Shown here one piece after another: positions 41,811-51,194 of a stretch of 64,000 bases of DNA. Made by a program: the position numbers and the translations under genes. Each line of letters opens with the position of its first letter. Positions within the stretch are counted from its first letter, which is position 1. The DNA lies in assembly GCA_014729085.1 (NCBI GenBank), contig WJKM01000006.1, positions 16,152 to 80,151 of the forward strand, given 5' to 3'. The stretch is from Candidatus Dojkabacteria bacterium (GTDB lineage: Bacteria > Patescibacteriota > Dojkabacteria > B142 > WJKM01). Under the pieces are notes generated by a model. It did not search any database and had not been told where the DNA came from. It was given only the letters and a program-made list of their open reading frames with translations.

Positions 41811-42239
41811 TTAATCGCTTAGTACTTTGAATACTTGAGAACCACTTGGAGTCTCTACCTCAATAATGTCCCCTGCTTTTTTATTATCTAAGGCTTTAGC
41901 GAGTGGAGACTTGGAGGAGATTAACCCCTTACCGGGATCTGTGAAAGCTGGTTCAACGATTGATATATTCTTTTTGAAGCCTTTTTCTTTATGTTCAATG
42001 ATAAAGCTTTTTAGTTGTTGTGAGGACTGTTCTAATCTGGGCAGGGCTCTTCTTAGATCAGTTAATTTATTAGTAAGAAGGTCTCTTTTGTCCATTAATC
42101 CTTTAACGAGAGAGTCATCATCTTCTGTGGTTTGGCTTCGAGCTTCATCAATATCATTAATAATTTTTTCAATCTTATTTTTAAGGACTTCTATTTTGGC
42201 CAGTATTGTTTTTTTATTTGGTGCAATTATTTCTTTCAT
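41811..42239 (-). CDS. greA: Transcription elongation factor GreA
   Basis: N-terminal coiled-coil and C-terminal FKBP-like domain (ISSKSPLAKALDNKKAGDIIEVETPSG). Confidence 0.85.
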   Translation of the reverse strand: MKEIIAPNKKTILAKIEVLKNKIEKIINDIDEARSQTTEDDDSLVKGLMDKRDLLTNKLTDLRRALPRLEQSSQQLKSFIIEHKEKGFKKNISIVEPAFTDPGKGLISSKSPLAKALDNKKAGDIIEVETPSGSQVFKVLSD

Positions 42240-42413
42240 AATTAATAAAATAAAATATAATTTTTTAATAAGTCAAATAAGTACGTATGTGGAGTATAGC
42301 ATATATAATAATTTAATAAAAATTCAAAAACAAATATATCAGTTATATTATGAATTACATGTTGTTATAATGTAATATAGAGTAAAGGATTTATTTTTTC
42401 TGAATCTTCTAGT

Positions 42414-43325
42414 ATGAATAAATTAGCAATCTTAAAACAGTTAACTAAATCTTATAACTTGAAAAATAATTATTTCGAAATTCTAAAAGAACTTCTAGAG
42501 AAAGATTTATCTGCTGTCGAAATTTTAGAGAGAACCTCAATTTCCAGTGGTAGGATTTACGGTTTATTAGCTGAACTGGAAGATTTACATCTTGTTGATA
42601 AAATACATGGAAAACCCGCAATTTATACACTAGAAAAATTTGATGATAATATACGAAATTTCTTACAGCACACATATGGTTCGTTTGTAGCCAAACAAAC
42701 AGAGATAAGTAATATGCTCTCTGTCTTATCAGATCAAATTAATATTAGTATTGGTTATGGAGATGAGAATATTAATGCGGAATTAAGGAGAATGTATAAG
42801 GAATGTAAATGGGCAAAAATACTTCATAAGGAAAGGGGTTATCCTTGGTTTCTAATAATAGATAACGAGGAGCAATTTTTTAAGATTAGACATAAAATTC
42901 GAACAAGTAGATTGGCTGGTTCTCCCAAAAACAAAGTTAAGTTATTATTAAAGAGAGAATCTTATCGGAAAGCATATAAAAACAAACAGATGGATCATAT
43001 TATGAGTCGTGAAGCTTTTAATAGATACGTAAATATGCTTGAAGAACTTTTTGGCAAAGATGTAAGGAAACAAATTATTCAAAGGGTTTATTCTAAGTTG
43101 AAGGATAATTCGCGAATTACAATACAGGTTCAGAAAAATTCATCTAATCCTTATTCTATATATATTACCGATAAAATGGTTTTGATAGCTTTACTTTTTC
43201 AGAGACAGGAGAACAGATATATTAAAATGACAGGAGGGGAGATTATTAAGAGTTATAAGGGAATTTTCGAAAAGTACATTCAGAATACAGAAAGCATAAT
43301 ACCTCTTCTAGAAGACTACATTTAA
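42414..43325 (+). CDS. Hypothetical protein with N-terminal HTH
   Basis: N-terminal wHTH-like (LKELLEKDLSAVEILERTSISSGRIYGLLAELEDLHLV). Confidence 0.45.
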   Translation: MNKLAILKQLTKSYNLKNNYFEILKELLEKDLSAVEILERTSISSGRIYGLLAELEDLHLVDKIHGKPAIYTLEKFDDNIRNFLQHTYGSFVAKQTEISNMLSVLSDQINISIGYGDENINAELRRMYKECKWAKILHKERGYPWFLIIDNEEQFFKIRHKIRTSRLAGSPKNKVKLLLKRESYRKAYKNKQMDHIMSREAFNRYVNMLEELFGKDVRKQIIQRVYSKLKDNSRITIQVQKNSSNPYSIYITDKMVLIALLFQRQENRYIKMTGGEIIKSYKGIFEKYIQNTESIIPLLEDYI

Positions 43326-43328
43326 TCT

Positions 43329-43445
43329 TTAATAAATTTTTCCTGAAAAGCTGTGTTTGTCTTCTTTTGTTTCTTCCAATTCACTTGTATATTCCGAAAG
43401 CCCAAAAGCTCCAATCATTAGAATTGCTACAACTAGTGTAATCAT
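43329..43445 (-). CDS. Candidate 38-aa hydrophobic micropeptide (MITLVVAILMIGAFGLSEYTSELEETKEDKHSFSGKIY)
   Basis: Hand-translated minus-strand ORF below the ORF-track threshold. Single TM-like segment. Confidence 0.25.
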   Translation of the reverse strand: MITLVVAILMIGAFGLSEYTSELEETKEDKHSFSGKIY

Positions 43446-43592
43446 TGCAATGTAACTAATATATTAAGTATGAGTTATTTATAGTACGTAATAGGGGATG
43501 AAAGTGTTACAGTTAAGAGAGTATTTTTACAAACTCAAAAACACGGATAAATTTGATGGATAATGAGTAACGCGAATAAGAACTATATAGTT

Positions 43593-43620
43593 TTGATATA
43601 TTTTTAAATTATAGTATAAT
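43593..43620 (+). promoter_or_regulatory. Sigma70-like promoter (TTGATA-16-TATAAT) with TTATAGTATAAT box
   Basis: Read directly upstream of the 43650 ORF. Confidence 0.45.
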
Positions 43621-43649
43621 TCGACAACTTCATCTTTTATACAAATAAT

Positions 43650-44672
43650 ATGGGTCATCATGAATTACCACTATCTGTTCAAATAGCACAAGACACAGAA
43701 CCAGACTCCGAACTGTATTCTCCCGATTTGATAGATACACCCCAAGAATTAGCAGAATATAAAGAGTCTAGATTTATTACAATGCTTCCAGATTATGTAG
43801 GTGATCACATAATAGGGGAGATAGATAAGAATGGAGATGGAATACCGGATAATAATGATGGTGATGGGATGCCTGATTATGCAGAGAGGTATATTCTGGA
43901 GTCTATATCAGGAAGTAATCCTGGATTTGTACTTGTTGATGTAGATTGGGATTCTTTGGTAGCCAGTTATGATATGTCTGGATTTTCTGTATTTGAATCT
44001 GAGGATGGCACCAAACTAAATTTAATTAGTTCAGATTCTCCCCAAGTTAATATAAACGGAGGTTATTTAAATGAAATAATTGGCAAGATAAAAGAATCAG
44101 GGATTGCTTTAACCCCATTTGTTAGACATGAAGATGGTCGTGCTCAAATTTATAATATAGAATTTGATTGGGATAAGAATCCATGGTTATGGTTATATGA
44201 AGATCAGGGCGAATCCGTTCCGGGTGGTGCTTTTCCAGTATATATCGGATCAGAAGTTGTACCTGATTTAAGTAGTAATGTATGGCAAGAAGAAGGGCAG
44301 GAAGCCTTTTGGGATCAACTTTCGTCTGATGATTGGAAGGATATTAGATTTTTATCTGGTACTTTGTTAGGTTATGCCCCAGACTGGAGGTATGTTTATG
44401 AAGATCAGACTATGTGGGAAGAAGCACTGGATATTGCAACAGGCATTGTAGCGTCTCAGGAAGAGTATTTTAATTATGAAACATACATGACTTCATTTCC
44501 CAATCTAGATGAACAGACATCTGAGGGATCTGGTGAGAATGTTGTTCAAGGATACTATTTAAGTGCTGATTTTGGAGGATTGGGAAATGAATCTACTATT
44601 CAAGCAATGAGTAGAGAACCCCTTTCTTACTTTACTGGCATGGAACCAGAGGAGTTAGTTTTGGATGATTAA
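43650..44672 (+). CDS. Acidic protein with thrombospondin-type-3-like Ca-binding repeat
   Basis: DKNGDGIPDNNDGDGMPDY (DxDxDG-type Ca-binding repeats). pI strongly acidic. Confidence 0.55.
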   Translation: MGHHELPLSVQIAQDTEPDSELYSPDLIDTPQELAEYKESRFITMLPDYVGDHIIGEIDKNGDGIPDNNDGDGMPDYAERYILESISGSNPGFVLVDVDWDSLVASYDMSGFSVFESEDGTKLNLISSDSPQVNINGGYLNEIIGKIKESGIALTPFVRHEDGRAQIYNIEFDWDKNPWLWLYEDQGESVPGGAFPVYIGSEVVPDLSSNVWQEEGQEAFWDQLSSDDWKDIRFLSGTLLGYAPDWRYVYEDQTMWEEALDIATGIVASQEEYFNYETYMTSFPNLDEQTSEGSGENVVQGYYLSADFGGLGNESTIQAMSREPLSYFTGMEPEELVLDD

Positions 44673-44701
44673 AATAGTATTTTATTCATTTAAATTAATT
44701 A

Positions 44702-44730
44702 TTGACTAGTTAGTAATCTTATAGTATAAT
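44702..44730 (+). promoter_or_regulatory. Consensus sigma70-like promoter TTGACT-17-TATAAT containing the ATCTTATAG box
   Basis: ttgactagttagtaatcttatagtataat read directly, about 30 nt upstream of the 44761 ORF. Confidence 0.55.
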
Positions 44731-44760
44731 TTATATATATTAAATTATTAATTTTTTCAA

Positions 44761-45219
44761 ATGGCTAACGAACAGATGCAAGTTCCTGAGAGGAAAAGTA
44801 ATACCGCTGCTTGGACAGCTGGACTACTTGGAGTTTTAGGACTTTTGTATGGAGGTGCTGAAGCTGCAAATTATGTTAATTTGATACCTGGTAATATGCT
44901 TAGGGACAGATTTGGATATGATGTAAAAGACGATCCTTGGGTTAATTTTCATGAGGTAACACATGATCTAGACGATGTCGAGTTTGTTATTGATCCTGAT
45001 GAGGACACATTTCTAAGTGCAAGATTTGATGAGGCTGGGCAAGATGTTGAACTTACTTGGGTATTTGATGTTACAGATGATGATGTTGATGATTTAATTG
45101 AGATGGACGGAAATGAGATAAGGTTTGATTTTGGAAATGATGGTAGTTTCGAATATGTCGGGGTTGATGAGGATGGAGACGGTACAATCCGAGGAGATGA
45201 GATTTCAAAACAAGAATAA
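44761..45219 (+). CDS. Acidic secreted/anchored protein, member of the N-terminal hydrophobic-helix paralog family
   Basis: N-terminus AAWTAGLLGVLGLLYGGAEAANYVNLIPG. Acidic C-terminal part with DEDGDGTIRGDE EF-hand-like loop. Confidence 0.55.
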   Translation: MANEQMQVPERKSNTAAWTAGLLGVLGLLYGGAEAANYVNLIPGNMLRDRFGYDVKDDPWVNFHEVTHDLDDVEFVIDPDEDTFLSARFDEAGQDVELTWVFDVTDDDVDDLIEMDGNEIRFDFGNDGSFEYVGVDEDGDGTIRGDEISKQE

Positions 45220-45301
45220 AATTCCAGAAACAAAAAAATATAAAAGAAGGTGCTTTAAAAAAGCACCTTTTTACTTTTAAAATGTATTTTTTATTGTGTG
45301 A

Positions 45302-45694
45302 TTAGAATTCGGGTTGAACAATTTGATTTTTCAATTTAACTGCCACACCAGAAGCCTTGGTCCAGGCCATTTCGCCGACTCCGAAATTATTTTGCATTTC
45401 AAAGTCAAGAATTGCATTTGCGCCAAGATTGTAGGCTTCTTCTAGAAGCTCGTCCAATGCTTGCTCTTCCGTTGTCTTGTGTCTTTCTTCATATTCACTT
45501 ATACGACCACCTGTTAAATTTTTAAGCCCTGCAAAAAATCCTTTACCCAGACTCACTCCCTGAATGCTAACACCACTAACGTATCCTAAGATTTTTTCGA
45601 TTTGATCAAGTTTTATATCTACTGTGAATGGGGCAATAAGGGCTATTTCGTTTTTTGGTGTTCTATATTCTTGAACGGGTGTTGTTTCATTCAT
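45302..45694 (-). CDS. YbjQ/UPF0145 (DUF74) family protein, paralog 1 (start at internal ATG; ORF opens 45751)
   Basis: ISGVSLGKGFFAGLKNLTGGRISEYE...LGANAILDFEMQ...GVAVKL pattern typical of the YbjQ_1 domain. Confidence 0.65.
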   Translation of the reverse strand: MNETTPVQEYRTPKNEIALIAPFTVDIKLDQIEKILGYVSGVSIQGVSLGKGFFAGLKNLTGGRISEYEERHKTTEEQALDELLEEAYNLGANAILDFEMQNNFGVGEMAWTKASGVAVKLKNQIVQPEF

Positions 45695-45719
45695 TTTGAC
45701 CGAATTATCTATTAATAAT

Positions 45720-45887
45720 TTAAAAATCATCAAATTCATCGATAGGTGCAAGCATAAAGCCCGTAGCTATAATTAATGCTCCTACCAGTGCTGCAACACC
45801 ACCATAGGTAATGCTTTTTTCCCAAAACCCCTTCGGATCTTCATCACTATCTCTAATATAGCGATAATCAAATGTATCCTGTTCCAT
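45720..45887 (-). CDS. Candidate 55-aa membrane micropeptide between the two YbjQ paralogs (MEQDTFDYRYIRDSDEDPKGFWEKSITYGGVAALVGALIIATGFMLAPIDEFDDF)
   Basis: Hand-translated minus-strand ORF with one TM segment. Not in the ORF track (under 60 aa). Confidence 0.35.
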   Translation of the reverse strand: MEQDTFDYRYIRDSDEDPKGFWEKSITYGGVAALVGALIIATGFMLAPIDEFDDF

Positions 45888-45903
45888 TTGATAAATAGTA
45901 GAT

Positions 45904-46296
45904 TTAAATTACTTGCTTTTCATCTTTAAGTACTGCGGCTACTCCTTCAGCTACTGCTTTTATAAGAAGATTCCCTGTCTCAAGATCTCTAATTATTTCG
46001 TCAGTAACGTCGAAATTTAAGATGGTATTTGCTCCAAGTTTTTCGGCTTCTTCTCGAACACGGCCTACAGCCTCTGTATGAGCCTGTACATATTCTTTTT
46101 CCAGTCCTTTTACTCCCCCACCAATTACTTCTCTTATACTTGCTTCCACTTCTCTAAAAAACCCAAGATCTCTAATTGAAATTCCCGCAACAGACCCTTT
46201 TACTTCCTCTATGTCGTAAGCCTCAACTAAGACCCAAGGGGGAAGTAATTGGATTTCACCTTCGGGTGAGGTAGGCCTAGTAAGTGTTTCTTCCAT
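45904..46296 (-). CDS. YbjQ/UPF0145 family protein, paralog 2
   Basis: GISIRDLGFF...LGANTILNFDVTDE...LIKAVAEGVAAVL, same family as 45302..45694. Confidence 0.65.
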   Translation of the reverse strand: MEETLTRPTSPEGEIQLLPPWVLVEAYDIEEVKGSVAGISIRDLGFFREVEASIREVIGGGVKGLEKEYVQAHTEAVGRVREEAEKLGANTILNFDVTDEIIRDLETGNLLIKAVAEGVAAVLKDEKQVI

Positions 46297-46331
46297 ATGT
46301 ATATATTTAAAAAAAATATAGTAAATTAATC

Positions 46332-46514
46332 CTATGGTTCGATCGTAGTTGTAGTAATGACAGTTTCCTCAGAGTACATCTCAATACCGGTTTCGGGATC
46401 AAAAAGTTCTGTATATGTGGTTTTAACTTCAACATCTGGCTCTTTTGTTTTCTTGAATGGCTGTTCAGGTTCTTTTTTATCAGTTTTTTGTATATCGTTT
46501 TGTTTTTCTTTCAT
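46332..46514 (-). CDS. Small hypothetical protein
   Basis: 60 aa ORF co-oriented with the YbjQ pair. Confidence 0.3.
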   Translation of the reverse strand: MKEKQNDIQKTDKKEPEQPFKKTKEPDVEVKTTYTELFDPETGIEMYSEETVITTTTIEP

Positions 46515-46724
46515 GTGTATATAAAAAGTAATATGTTAAAACCTATAATATTATATCATTAAAGTAAAAATTAAAAAACCATATTGTAAAACGAGTTGAA
46601 TTAAAAATCGAGATGGAAGTTGAATATATTAAATCAATCAACTATAATTTGCCAACCTATATTTTAGTTTTGATTTTAGGTATACTTAAGAAGTTAAGGT
46701 ATTTAATATTTTTTATAAATTCAT

Positions 46725-47297
46725 ATGACAAATTTTAATGAGGTTTTTACTAAATGGCTGGCGTTTTTTGAATCTGCAGACGAGACAAAGAAGGATGTTT
46801 TTGAGTCTATCCATCCTGAAGTTAAAAAAGGTTTTGATGTTGTCACTAGGGTATCTAAAGAGGAAATACAGGCTTTGCTAAATAATGAAGAGTTTTTGAA
46901 AAAAATAGAGCAAAATTTAATCCGATTATTAGCATTTTCGGTTTTCGGTGGGTATATGTTGTTTTGTATAAGAAAAGGAATCGACCCAGTAAAGGAATCT
47001 TTAAAAGACAACGAAAATGTAGCGAAAGTCGGGAACTCATGGATGGAGGCATATAAACAAGATAATTTTAAAAGTCTTATTCAGTCTATTGAGCCGTTAG
47101 TGGTATTGATGGTTGAGAAAGGGAAGCAGGCAAGAATGAATCAATTGATTATGTCTTTTCCAGAGATCATGAATTTGAGTTTCAAGGATGGTTTGCAAAT
47201 AGATAAATTTATGAGATGGGCAGGACTTCAAGGCTATATTTTAGGTATGTTGGAACAGGAATTAATTAAAGGAAAGGGAAATTTAAAGGAAGCATAA
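46725..47297 (+). CDS. Hypothetical protein
   Basis: 190 aa ORF, no motif recognised. Confidence 0.45.
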   Translation: MTNFNEVFTKWLAFFESADETKKDVFESIHPEVKKGFDVVTRVSKEEIQALLNNEEFLKKIEQNLIRLLAFSVFGGYMLFCIRKGIDPVKESLKDNENVAKVGNSWMEAYKQDNFKSLIQSIEPLVVLMVEKGKQARMNQLIMSFPEIMNLSFKDGLQIDKFMRWAGLQGYILGMLEQELIKGKGNLKEA

Positions 47298-47332
47298 AGA
47301 CATTGTTTTTTGCATTTTTACCCTAATAATAT

Positions 47333-48199
47333 ATGGAGTCAGAGGGTGAACTTAACATCATTCATCATGAAAAGGGTGATTTTTTAGAAGAAACAATAGG
47401 AAAGTTACTTGCTGTACCTTTTCAACATTTGACTTCTGGTACTTTATCGAGTGCTTTCAAACGAATTCCACCTGAATCGGTTGAAAGATTGAAAAAAACG
47501 TTTGAGGATGTTGAATGGGAAGGAGATATTGAAGTGCATTTGAATCACTCCCCACTTTTTAGGCAGCTGAAAAGGCTTTTTGAAAAAGAAAGGCGTGCTT
47601 CTCTTTTTTCGCGGATTGTTGTAGGCCTCCCTTTAACTGTTGCTACTAATATATTCAGCAAACTTACAAATGCAAATAATTACAACCCCTACACAGAAAC
47701 TGTTCAACTTTTTAACGAAAATATCTATACTAATATTACCGGAGTTGCATTAGCAGAAGAGATTGACCAAACTGAAGAGCCGATAAAAAGGGAAGTCAAA
47801 AGCCTTTTAACAACAATTCCCTATTTTTTAAGTTCTATTGTTAATTGGAAGGCTAAAGAACGGGCGATGCAGCATTTAAGTCCTGAAGAAAGAAATGAAG
47901 CTTTCCAGTATTTAGCTACAGGTAGTGTGAACGATATAATAATTGATAGTTTGACGTTATTCGGTGTTTTAGCTGGAATCTCTACATTTCTTCCTGATTT
48001 TGATTTGTCAACCGAAGCTGAACTCGGAATAGCTGGGGCAACCGCCGCTGGAATATATGGGTATACTCAATTAATTAGGGAGCCTGATGAATTAGGCTCA
48101 AGTATATTCTTCGATCCTAATAAGGAGATATTATTAGAAAAAAACAAGAAAAAGAAGATGAAGGATCGGGAAGTTTTTAGTCTAGATGTGAGTATATAG
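47333..48199 (+). CDS. Hypothetical membrane-associated protein
   Basis: 288 aa ORF with hydrophobic segments (FSRIVVGLPLTVATNIF; IIIDSLTLFGVLAGISTFL). Confidence 0.45.
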   Translation: MESEGELNIIHHEKGDFLEETIGKLLAVPFQHLTSGTLSSAFKRIPPESVERLKKTFEDVEWEGDIEVHLNHSPLFRQLKRLFEKERRASLFSRIVVGLPLTVATNIFSKLTNANNYNPYTETVQLFNENIYTNITGVALAEEIDQTEEPIKREVKSLLTTIPYFLSSIVNWKAKERAMQHLSPEERNEAFQYLATGSVNDIIIDSLTLFGVLAGISTFLPDFDLSTEAELGIAGATAAGIYGYTQLIREPDELGSSIFFDPNKEILLEKNKKKKMKDREVFSLDVSI

Positions 48200-48293
48200 G
48201 AATTATAAATTATGAACAGGGAGTACATATTGGTCAAATTAAAAAGATTATGAGATACTTAGATTGATAATTAATTAATTTATATCTATCTTT

Positions 48294-49115
48294 ATGCATT
48301 CAGCACCTGAAGCACAAGTTCCAGAAGAACTTACAAAAAAAGCGCAGGAACAACAAAAAGAGCAAAATGGCGAAAGGGAACAGGAGGCTCAGAAAACTGA
48401 AATGCCTGTAGAAGAATTGGTTAAGAGACAAGAGGGGATGATAGGAAAAATTGTTAAGTGGATTAAAGGTTTTGAGGCACAGGATGCTAAACGAAGAATC
48501 CAGGAAATTAAGGATAAAGAACATTATGATAAGTGGAGAAAAAAAATTAAGCAGGTAGAGAAGAAATGGAGGGATGGCACAATGCTTAGGAATACAGCAA
48601 TTAATCTGGCTGGATATTTTGCATTATTGATTGGTATTATTAATCCTTTAGCAGCTGGTCCATTAAGTGCTTTTTTTGCAGCTACAAAAATCCCACCTTT
48701 TTTTATAGCGTCATTAGTAAGAGGTACTCCTCCATGGAGAAATCTAGAAGGCAAGATTAGAGAGTTTTTTGATAAAAAAAGAGATGATTATCAGGAATAT
48801 CAAAGCCTTTTAAATCAAAATCCAGATAGTCCTACTAATAAAAGAATTAGGCGAAATATGGTTCGTTTTGAAGAGGCGGCTAAACGTGCAAAAGAAAGAA
48901 AAGAGAATGCAGAAAAAAATGGAGAGGAAAACCAAGACCAGGAAGCTGCATCGGAAGGACAAACAACTGGACAACAGACACAGCCTAAAGCTACAGAAGT
49001 TTCACAAGAACAAAGAAGACCGCAAACAAAAGAGGATCAGATACAAGCTATTCAAAACAGAACTGATATTCCGGAAGATGTAAAGGAAGCATTGGTAAGG
49101 GCTTTACGTGGTTAG
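48294..49115 (+). CDS. Hypothetical membrane protein with K/E-rich tails
   Basis: 273 aa. Central TM pair (INLAGYFALLIGIINPLAAGPLSAFFAATKIPPFFIASLV). Confidence 0.45.
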   Translation: MHSAPEAQVPEELTKKAQEQQKEQNGEREQEAQKTEMPVEELVKRQEGMIGKIVKWIKGFEAQDAKRRIQEIKDKEHYDKWRKKIKQVEKKWRDGTMLRNTAINLAGYFALLIGIINPLAAGPLSAFFAATKIPPFFIASLVRGTPPWRNLEGKIREFFDKKRDDYQEYQSLLNQNPDSPTNKRIRRNMVRFEEAAKRAKERKENAEKNGEENQDQEAASEGQTTGQQTQPKATEVSQEQRRPQTKEDQIQAIQNRTDIPEDVKEALVRALRG

Positions 49116-49165
49116 TTTGGCTTTGAAGATTTTTGGCTAATAAGTTTTAATATATTACAAAAAGT

Positions 49166-49600
49166 ATGAACTTAGAATTTCTTGCAAATACATTAGCGTT
49201 AACATCAACTCCTCGTGAGGAGATAGCTCAGTATGTAGCTGAATATTCTAAAACAGTAAGTTTATGTGCATTTGAGGCGGTAATGGGAGAACTTGACCAG
49301 ATGGAAGACAATGAGAAATTAGGGGATTTAGTCAATTTAGTTGGAGAACTGCATCAGCATAAAACAAGTTTAGATATTGCAGATGAAGAAAAGACAAAAG
49401 CATTTTATGACAGGTTTGAAGTTTTGATGAATTCGGTTATGGAGTTGCCTGAGGCAGAGAGAATAAAGGAAAGGATTGAGGAGGAAATAGATGCATTAGA
49501 CCAAGAAGTTGTTGACGAAATAATAGCAAAATGCACAGAAGAAGATAGAGAGAGAATATTAGAAGCTACTCAGGCGGTCCTTCAGGCCACTGAAGAATAG
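49166..49600 (+). CDS. Acidic hypothetical protein
   Basis: 144 aa, strongly acidic. Confidence 0.4.
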   Translation: MNLEFLANTLALTSTPREEIAQYVAEYSKTVSLCAFEAVMGELDQMEDNEKLGDLVNLVGELHQHKTSLDIADEEKTKAFYDRFEVLMNSVMELPEAERIKERIEEEIDALDQEVVDEIIAKCTEEDRERILEATQAVLQATEE

Positions 49601-49770
49601 AAGATTTCTGGAAAAACTTGGGAAATACATTAGAGCAGAGTGCATCATTCACAATTTCTATGTTTAGATTTACTATTAAATGAGATATCTGAATGTTTTA
49701 ATAGGTTCTAAATAGTTGAATTTCTGACTCTAGTGGTTTATAGTAAATTAGGTAGATAAAATTTTAATCT

Positions 49771-50088
49771 ATGCTTATGGGAGAGATAGATCCTGCCCAA
49801 TCAAAAGAAAAAAGTATAAAAGAGCATTTAGAAGGGGGATGGGCTTCTAAAGTATTGGAATGGCTGAAAGAGGATGGAGGCAAGAATTTACTCTTGCTCG
49901 GTTTAACAGTTCCGCTTGCGAATTTATTAACAGGAGGGGCCTTATTTGATGTTGTCGAAGGTGGGGCAGATACTTTAGCTGATGGAGTTGGAATGGTTCT
50001 AGAGGAAGGTGAGGAAGGAACAAGAGCAATACTTGAAAAACTTGGTGGTTTCACAACCAATTTAGCAGAAGAGCCCGCTGGTCCTTAG
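49771..50088 (+). CDS. Small protein of the N-terminal helix paralog family
   Basis: GWASKVLEWLKEDGGKNLLLLGLTVPLANLLTGGALFD shares the W..K.N..LLL.G...A.NL module. Confidence 0.45.
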   Translation: MLMGEIDPAQSKEKSIKEHLEGGWASKVLEWLKEDGGKNLLLLGLTVPLANLLTGGALFDVVEGGADTLADGVGMVLEEGEEGTRAILEKLGGFTTNLAEEPAGP

Positions 50089-50139
50089 ACGTAACAATTT
50101 GTAAGAAAACTTTATTAATTTAAATATAAACTAAACAGT

Positions 50140-51144
50140 ATGGAAACAAGAGAAACCCCACTTCCACCAGCAAGGGAAAGACCATTTGGAGAAAAGGTAA
50201 AAGAAGATGCAAAAGGAATTCTTGGAGGTCTAAAGGAAGGTATTAAAAAATATCCAGGAATTGCATTATTAGTTGGGCTTGGATCACTTGCTGGACTTGA
50301 AGCATCAAGTATTTTGGATGAACCCTTAGAAGAAGCTGGTATTGGAGAAGGGCATGGACTTGCTACTTTAGACGAGGCCCTAATGCAGGATGATGAATAT
50401 ATAGCAGAATTAGAAGCAGAAGGATTGATTATGAGGAAAGGCGAGGAATTCAATGGCGAGACTCTGGAGACTGATGTGGTGGTTTTTGATCCAGAAGAAC
50501 CTGATGCTGCTGTTAAAGAGTTAAATACATTTAATCTATTTTCTCATTGGCTTGGAGAGACTAGCTGGTTTGGTGAAAATGTTATAGATCCGATCGAGGA
50601 TGCTTTTGATGAGGAATCTGCTGAACCTACAGAACCTGTAGAACCCGCAGAACCCGCAGAACCTGCTGAAGTTGCTACTACAAGATTTTCTAATTTCACA
50701 TTTGCAGAATTCCTAGAGGAGTATCAAAGCCATTTAGATAGTGGTGGAGCTTTAACTGGTTCTAATAATTTAGTAACAGAATTGCAAAACGAAATGTCTC
50801 GACGAATTCCTGATGAATTTGAAGGGCAAGAAGCAAACTTAAGAGAAATGTGGGATCAGATCAATAGCTTGGAGAGGGATCTTAGTAGGGCACCAACACC
50901 GGAAGCTCAAGCACAAATAGACCTATATAAGCTTTACTTAGAAGACGCATTGGGTCCTGAACCAGGCCAATTGGAGAGTATTAGACAACTAGAGACCGAA
51001 CTTGCAGATCTTCAGACAGAATTAGACGCAATGGGAGACCCACAAGATGACGTAGAGGCTTGGGCATACGGTAATTTACAATCTCAGATACAAGGAAAGC
51101 AAGATGAACTAGATGCTATATTCAATCCTGCAACAGGAGAATGA
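50140..51144 (+). CDS. Acidic protein with EPxEP repeats, paralog family member
   Basis: N-terminal GILGGLKEGIKKYPGIALLVGLGSLAGLEAS. EPTEPVEPAEPAEPAE repeats. Acidic. Confidence 0.5.
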   Translation: METRETPLPPARERPFGEKVKEDAKGILGGLKEGIKKYPGIALLVGLGSLAGLEASSILDEPLEEAGIGEGHGLATLDEALMQDDEYIAELEAEGLIMRKGEEFNGETLETDVVVFDPEEPDAAVKELNTFNLFSHWLGETSWFGENVIDPIEDAFDEESAEPTEPVEPAEPAEPAEVATTRFSNFTFAEFLEEYQSHLDSGGALTGSNNLVTELQNEMSRRIPDEFEGQEANLREMWDQINSLERDLSRAPTPEAQAQIDLYKLYLEDALGPEPGQLESIRQLETELADLQTELDAMGDPQDDVEAWAYGNLQSQIQGKQDELDAIFNPATGE

Positions 51145-51194
51145 GAATAAGGATCTTTGTGTATTAGACTAATTTATTGCCTTAACTTATTAAA

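Noticed and set aside
41866-42375. 169-aa plus-strand ORF
   Set aside because: Entirely antisense to the well-supported greA gene and intergenic AT-rich sequence. Low-complexity translation.
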